DNA of 64,000 bases, taken from contig CAVRDD010000054.1 in assembly GCA_963719715.1 (NCBI GenBank), forward strand, positions 7,383 to 71,382. The letters run 5' to 3'. Shown one piece after another: positions 58,637 through 64,000 of the stretch. A program made the position numbers and the translations under genes. Every line of letters begins with the position of its first letter. Within the stretch, counting starts at the first letter, position 1. This DNA is from an uncultured beta proteobacterium (GTDB lineage Bacteria; Pseudomonadota; Gammaproteobacteria; Burkholderiales; JAEUMW01). Below the pieces are notes generated by a model, which was not told the DNA's origin, ran no database searches, and was given only the letters and a program-made list of their open reading frames with translations.

Positions 58637-60670
58637 TTACCGTTTGTCGAAGAGCCGAACCGGCACCGGCACGGCTTCGGCGGGCCACGTGCCCCGCGCC
58701 ACCGGCCGCGTTCCTTCGAATACGGCCCAACTCTGCCCACCCAGGTGAGGCAGCGCACGCGCGAGCGCGGCGAGCGAGGCAGCATCGCGGGCCGAGATCA
58801 CGAGCAGCGTCTGGTTCTCGCGTCGTAGCATCCACACTTGGGCGGTCCCTTGTCCGCTGACGGTCGCGGGCCGTGCGCCGAGCCTGTACTTGCCGAGCGC
58901 TCCATCCACGCGCACCGGTGTCCCCATCACGATGCCGACGATGGCGTCGGTTCCCACGCTGTCGGCCTTGCGCGGGAGGCGTTCCAGCAGCGCGTCGCCG
59001 AGTGTGTCGGCTGCGGCCGAAAAGTCGCTCTGCCGGTCGAGGATGACCATCACAGGATCGCGCGCCGCGATCGCTTCGCGCACGATCGGCGGCGACTCGA
59101 CGGGCGCCAGCTCGCGCCATAGCTGGAAATGCGGGTCGAGCAGCGACAGCCAGCGGCTCGCTCATGCACCGTCAGGGTGACGGCGTCGCGCGGCGTTTCG
59201 AACGGCACCCGCACCGTCTTTTCGCCGTTCGTCGGTGCGTATGGTGATCGGCACGTCGAGCGGGTAGGGCGGAGCATCCTGTGCGAGCAGCAGGTGCAGG
59301 TTCCAGGCGGACTCCGCAGCGCTCGGCGACGGCGGCGGGAATGGTGACCGGCGGCGCGCCAGTGCGGGTGAGCCAGGTCTCGATCAGGGGACCGACCGGT
59401 TGCCCCGAGGCCTGCGAGAACGCGACTTCCAGATCACTCCAGCTTGCGCGGCGGAAGCGGTAGTCGCGATAGAAGGCGCGCATCGCGCGATCGAACGCTT
59501 CAGCGCCAATCTTTTCGCGCACCATGTAGAAGACCATTGCCGCCTTGCCGTAACCGACGCCGCGGATGCGCTATGGGTGCGGGCGGTGAAGCGCGGCCAG
59601 CGGCTTGTCCGCATCCGCCGGCAGCGCGGCGTAATCGCGCAGCCAGCCGTGGCGCATGTCGCGTGCGGAGGCTGCGTCAGCCCACTCCTTGTAGGCGTAG
59701 TCGGCCATGAACGTCGTCAGGCCCTCGGCCCAGTTGCCGCGCGCATAGTCGGGATAGACACTATTGCCCCACCAGTTGTGCAGCACCTCGTGGCCGAGCG
59801 ACGTGTCGCGGATGAAGGGCAGGCGGATCACCTGTGCGCCCAGGTAGGTGAGCGTCGGCATGCCGAAGCCGGTCGGCAGTGGGCTTGCGACGACGCTGAA
59901 GCCATCGAAGGGATACTCGCCGATCCAGTCCGAATACATTCGAAGATAGCGTTCGACGGCGGCGAGGTAATCGTCGGCGAGGGCGTCGCCGAAAGATCGG
60001 GGCCGAAGTAGGTGCGAAGCCGAAGGTCCGGCTCGTCGATGGTGACGCGGCGCTCGCGCACGATGTACGGGCCCGCCATCAGGTCGATGCCGTCGCACGG
60101 GATGCGGAAACTCGAAGCGTGCGCGATACACGCCGTCCGCCTCCGACTCACTCGCCAGGCGTCCCGGCACGATGCGCACGCTGCGTACCCGGCACCGACA
60201 GCGACACGTATAGGTGAAGTCCCCGTCGGGCTCCGGATACCAGCCGCTGCCGGCGGGCAGAAAGCTGCCCTGCACGTCCGCCATCGGGCGGCAACGCGCC
60301 GAGCACGCTGCGGTGGTCCGGCCCGCGTCGAGGGGCGCCAGCTTCAGGCGGTAGGTCACACGAGGTCGCGAACCTTGATCGACGCGGGAACGCGGAACTC
60401 CACGCGGCCGTTCCCGCGCACGCGCTCGAGCTGACAACGCGGCGGCCCAGGCTCGGCGCGTTCGATCACGGCATCGGACGCGAGCGCGAAGACGCGCTGG
60501 CTCGTCTGCGGCAAATCGCAGTGTTGGCGTGGCCGGACAGCAGTGCGCGCCGCCGGGTCGAGGGCGACATCGAGATCGACGTCGGCTGCCCGCGTGCCGG
60601 CCGAACAGGATGAAGCGCGAGGCAAGCGCGGCCGAGCCAGGCAGCGCACGACGCTGTGGCGGAGACTCAC
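58637..60670 (-). pseudogene. M1-family (gluzincin) metallopeptidase, at least six frame disruptions
   Basis: The zinc site HEVLHNWWGNSVYPDYARGNWAEGLTTF is intact in one piece. Neighbouring conserved pieces (GSFLPAGSGWYPEPDGDFTYT; DGIDLMAGPYIV; GYGKAAMVFYMVREKIGAEAFDRAMRAFY; a C-terminal piece ending ...VRLFDKR*) lie in different frames. The putative GTG 60670 overlaps the upstream stop (GTGA). Confidence 0.65.
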
Positions 60671-61830
60671 GGCTCGGGCGGAAACTTTGCGACGAGGTCG
60701 ATCGTTCGCCGTCGCGCACGACCGTCACCGGCAGCCAGGTTCCGGGCGCCTGCCGCGCGACTGCCGCGGTCACGTCCCGGCTTTCCTGACCGGTCGGCTC
60801 GCGACCTCGCGCAGCACGTCGCCCGCCTTGAGACCGGCCTTCTCGGCGACGCTGCCAGCCGTCACGTCGGCGATGCGCACGCCGTCCGATGCCGGCTCCA
60901 GTCGGACGCCGAGCAGCGGCCTCGATGCCCGTCTTCGGCGCGGGGGCCGGCGCGAGCGCGAATACGGCCTGCGCGATGCCCGCCGGCAACTCGCGACAGG
61001 GCGTATCCGCTGCCACGGGGAGCAGCACCGCGCTCTCGGGAAACCCAGGTCGGCGAGTTGATGCGGCACGCCGTCGCCGTTCGCAAGGTGACCGGACCCC
61101 ATGATGCGCGACCACGAGCGGATTGTCCGGACGCGTGCTGCAGCGGCGAGTGCTTCGGCGAAGGCGCGGTCCCAGAACAGCTGAGCTTCGATGAAGCGAT
61201 CGAATTCGGCCTCACCGCGTTGCGCGGAGCCGTGCTCCTGGAATACCTGCCGGAGGCGGTCGCGATAGCTCTTGGCCGCGGTAGCGGGTGGGCTCGACTT
61301 CCTTGCGTCGTCCGCGGGCACTGCAGCGAGCCCCTTGGACGCGATTTCGCTGATGAGTGCGCGCTCGACGTTGACGGCGACGACGGGAATGCGGTTGAGC
61401 CGCGCAAAATGGAGAATCGGAAGATAGAGCCCGGGATCGAATCCCCACACGCGCGTCCACTCGGTTCGCTCAGTAGTTCCGATTCGGTAAGGCGACCGGT
61501 CACCCACTCGTCGAGGACGGGCTGCGCGCGCCGCGGCAGCATCTCCATGCCGATGACAAGATTCGGCTGCTGCGCGTGCAGCGCTGCGATCACCTGCAAT
61601 TGCCACCGGTGATGGTCGGCGTCGTCGTGATGCTCCCCGAGCAGCACCACGCGCTTCTGCGCCAGCCCGTCGAGCAGCGTTGACTGCGCGATGGCGACGG
61701 TATGCTCACCCGCGGGCGTGTACCACTGACCCGCGACTCAGGCAGGCTGGCGACGGTCGGTGCGTGCGTCTCCCGCAGCGGCGGCGACGCCCGAAGCAGC
61801 AATGAGGATGGCAGCGAGAATCTTCGGCAT
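60667..61830 (-). pseudogene. ChaN-like (Tiki/haem-binding superfamily) lipoprotein with C-terminal PDZ domain, at least three frame disruptions
   Basis: Signal peptide MPKILAAILIAASGVAAAAG, then VVLLGEHHDDADHHRWQLQVIAALH..IGMEM. Next, in another frame: WGFDPGLYLPILHFARLNRIPVVAVN...FIEAQLFWDRAFAEAL. Finally PDZ pieces: LGVRLEPASDGVRIADVTAGSVAEKAGLKAGDVL...VTAAVARQAPGTWLPVTVVRDGE | RTIDLVAKFPPEP*. Confidence 0.6.
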
Positions 61831-62044
61831 GGTGTAGAGGACGATGGCAACATCGCCAGTGGCCTTTGATGCGACTATCGGGTCGAGTTCGATAGCTCGC
61901 CGTCGCTGGAGACTGTCACTTTCTTCGCTTACAATCGCGACTCCAATCGCGGATTCCGGCCGCACCGCGGCCGTCTTCGGTTCCCCACCATCGCCGCCTG
62001 CAGGCCGGTATCCGCGCAAAACGCGCATCAGACAGGAGGTTTCC

Positions 62045-62515
62045 ATGGGACTCATGAGTTTTCTCAAGGAAGCGGGCGAGAAGCTCTTCGGTCACGGCGA
62101 GGCGAAGGCCGCAGAGACGCCCGAGAATCTCGATCGTTCCGCAGGTGACGCGATCAAGCACTACATCGAGACCTTGGGGCTGAACGCGACCGGGCTCAAT
62201 GTTTCGTTCGACAGCGCTTCGTCGACGTGCACGGTCGCGGGTACGTGCGAGGATCAGTCGACCAAGGAGAAGGTTCTGCTGGCTGCGGGCAACGTCGCAG
62301 GCGTAGGGAAGGTCGAAGACCAGCTGACTGTGCTGAACGCGCAGCCAGAGGCGCAGTACTACGAGGTACAGAAGGGCGACACCCTGTCGAAGATATCGAA
62401 GCAGTACTACGGCGACCCGAACAAGTACAACGCCATTTTCGAGGCGAACAAGCCGATGCTTTCACACCCGGACAAGATCTATCCCGGGCAGAAGCTGCGC
62501 ATTCCGCCGCAGTAA
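62045..62515 (+). CDS. BON + LysM domain protein (Kbp/YgaU-like)
   Basis: MGLMSFLKEAGEKLFG..., a BON-like middle region, and a C-terminal LysM (YYEVQKGDTLSKISKQYYGDPNKYNAIFEANKPMLSHPDKIYPGQKLRIP). Confidence 0.88.
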   Translation: MGLMSFLKEAGEKLFGHGEAKAAETPENLDRSAGDAIKHYIETLGLNATGLNVSFDSASSTCTVAGTCEDQSTKEKVLLAAGNVAGVGKVEDQLTVLNAQPEAQYYEVQKGDTLSKISKQYYGDPNKYNAIFEANKPMLSHPDKIYPGQKLRIPPQ

Positions 62516-63953
62516 ACGGAAGCAGCTGGTAGGCACGGCGCACCCTCTCGGGCGCCGGTCTACCGGTCGCCATGCCCACCTCTCGCAGGAACGCTGCGCG
62601 ATCCTGAGTGCCCAGGTGGTCGGCGACCAGAGCCACGAACTCCCTGCGGCTTTTCGCCTTCTGCTGCGCATTCCTGGCGACGATACGCGCGATCGGTCCG
62701 AGGTAGACGGCGACCCGCGCAGTAATCCTGTCGACGAATGCAGGGTCGAGCGGTGCACCGGTCGTTGTTCCTGGCGAACGCGAGACCGAGCCGCCCGTCG
62801 TCGAGGGATGGGCAATACCCGATCCGCTGTGCTTTCCGGGCAACGACTTGCCCGCGGACGCCAGTTCGCCTACTGCCTTCGTGAACATCTCCACGAAACG
62901 AGTGCGCAGTTGCGGATCGTCGATGCTTTCGGACAGCAGCATGCACAATTCCGCGCGGTCGTGCGCCTGCGCCGCCGCCTTGCGGACGATCACCCTGGCC
63001 ATGGGGCCGATCAGGCGTGCGAGCGTGCGCTCGGCGGTCGTGAGTGTCGAATCGTCCAGTAGCGGCTCTGGCTTCTGCAGCATGACGCTGCCCATGCTCA
63101 TGACGGTCTTGCCGCCGCCGTCGTCGATCTCCAGGCTGGCGAGCGCGCCCAGCGCTTCGTTGAACGCACGCGCGCACGGGAATCGCTCTGATGGTTGCTT
63201 GGCGAGTGCCTTGGCCAGCAGCTGGTCCAATGCCTCGGGCAGTGCGGCCGACGATGCCTGCGACGGCGGTAGCGGATCCTCGCGGCAGATCTTGTAGGCG
63301 ATGCCCTCGATCGAACCTCGGAACGGCTTCTCGCCGGTAACGAGCTCGTAGAGCACCACCCCCACGCTGAAAAGATCCGAGCGCGCGTCGACGGCCTCCC
63401 CCATGCACTGCTCGGGCGACATATAGGAAGGCGTGCCGATGACCACGCCGGCGCCAGTCAGATTCGACGTGTCGACCCGTGCAACGCCGAAGTCCGCGAT
63501 CTTGAGCAGGCCCTGCCCGGTAACGATGAGATTCGACGGCTTGATGTCGCGATGGATGACGCCGCGGTCGTGGGCGAACTCGATCGCCTGCAGGAGCTGT
63601 GACATGAGCGCAACGAGCAGCCCGAAGTCGAATGTCGTCCGAGCATTGAGGTACTCGCGCAGGCCGGTGCCCTCGACATACTCCATTGCGATGTACGCGA
63701 CATCGTCCTGCTCGCCGTACTCGTAGACGCCGACGATGTTCGGGTGGTGCAGCCTCCCGGCGGCCTTCGCCTCGTTCTTGAAGCGCGCCATGTACTGAAC
63801 CGCAAGGTCCGGGTCGACCATGTCACGGCGTATCGTCTTGATCGCGACCAGGCGTTCGATGTGCGGGTCGAACGCCTTGTACACGACACCCATCGCGCCC
63901 TTGCCGAGCACAGTCCGGATCTCATACTTGCCGAGGCGCTGCGGGTCGGTCAT
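62196..63953 (-). CDS. Hanks-type Ser/Thr protein kinase with duplicated C-terminal helical module (3' end doubtful)
   Basis: GKGAMGVVYKA, AIK, HRDIKPSNLIV, DFG, SYMSPE. Two C-terminal copies of a L.GP(M/I)ARI(V)V(R)... module. The last ~110 codons (62196..~62550) run antisense through the LysM gene with low third-position GC, so they are probably not coding. Confidence 0.85.
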   Translation of the reverse strand: MTDPQRLGKYEIRTVLGKGAMGVVYKAFDPHIERLVAIKTIRRDMVDPDLAVQYMARFKNEAKAAGRLHHPNIVGVYEYGEQDDVAYIAMEYVEGTGLREYLNARTTFDFGLLVALMSQLLQAIEFAHDRGVIHRDIKPSNLIVTGQGLLKIADFGVARVDTSNLTGAGVVIGTPSYMSPEQCMGEAVDARSDLFSVGVVLYELVTGEKPFRGSIEGIAYKICREDPLPPSQASSAALPEALDQLLAKALAKQPSERFPCARAFNEALGALASLEIDDGGGKTVMSMGSVMLQKPEPLLDDSTLTTAERTLARLIGPMARVIVRKAAAQAHDRAELCMLLSESIDDPQLRTRFVEMFTKAVGELASAGKSLPGKHSGSGIAHPSTTGGSVSRSPGTTTGAPLDPAFVDRITARVAVYLGPIARIVARNAQQKAKSRREFVALVADHLGTQDRAAFLREVGMATGRPAPERVRRAYQLLPFTAAECAASARDRSCPGVKASACSPRKWRCTCSGRRSTASISSTGCRPSVPRSTAPLAARSAQSAGLRPSLRLRRCPQPAEPSPWSTDPRTYPRPCTSTKRCRTKH

Positions 63954-64000
63954 CGATGAAAGTTTATCGGCTGCATGTCATCAGGCGTCAAGCATCTTCA

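Noticed and set aside
22636-61115. Further shadow ORFs (22636..23538, 22658..23665, 32954..34738, 34885..35853, 36451..37638, 39244..40158, 46243..47430, 47506..48228, 48457..49920, 52522..53310, 53162..53815, 53875..54537, and most of 59571..61115)
   Set aside because: Same reasoning as above. The 59571..61115 ORF contains only one genuine in-frame peptidase segment. The rest is out-of-frame read-through of the disrupted M1 peptidase and ChaN-PDZ genes.
62552-62570. Hairpin between the convergent LysM and kinase genes as a confident bidirectional terminator
   Set aside because: The stem is short and bulged and has no flanking T/A runs. It is mentioned only as context for the doubtful 3' end of the kinase.
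1-64000. Search by eye for tRNA, rRNA, tmRNA, riboswitch leaders or a tRNA-type integration site at the island borders
   Set aside because: I saw no cloverleaf-like or rRNA-like segments. In particular, 7380-7560 and 10830-11060 (the island edges) show no tRNA 3' ends. Absence cannot be proven without tRNAscan or Infernal.

Overview
High-GC (~65%) proteobacterial chromosomal window, probably Beta- or Gammaproteobacteria. Most of it is housekeeping and central metabolism: the gmk-rpoZ-spoT operon; a serine-cycle-like cluster (mtkA-mtkB-ppc divergent from mcl); maeB; hrpA; a membrane H+-pyrophosphatase next to a phosphofructokinase; two two-component/phosphorelay loci; an ECF sigma locus; and a phasin.

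Three accessory regions stand out.
1. About 7.4-11.1 kb is a lower-GC, decayed integron-like island. It holds an IntI-type integrase remnant, an OLD-family ATPase/Toprim nuclease, a RelE/ParE-HigA toxin-antitoxin pair flanked by two IS110 transposase 3' remnants, and a TumE-like remnant.
2. About 23.8-28.2 kb (minus strand) is a sirtuin + STAND-like P-loop NTPase + TPR-repeat protein module. I cannot assign it to any named system. The repeat gene carries about 11 near-identical 123-bp (41-codon) tandem repeats.
3. About 39.2-45.3 kb is an hppA / unknown protein / glgP remnant / pfk / unknown-protein paralog cluster.

The window also holds many frame disruptions (at least 20 by my reading). They are clustered at 23.8-28.2 kb and 56.2-61.8 kb, while six long genes are intact. 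Assembly indel error and real gene decay both remain possible.

I saw no rRNA, tRNA or CRISPR array. Frameshift positions and alternative start codons were found by manual translation and are approximate.
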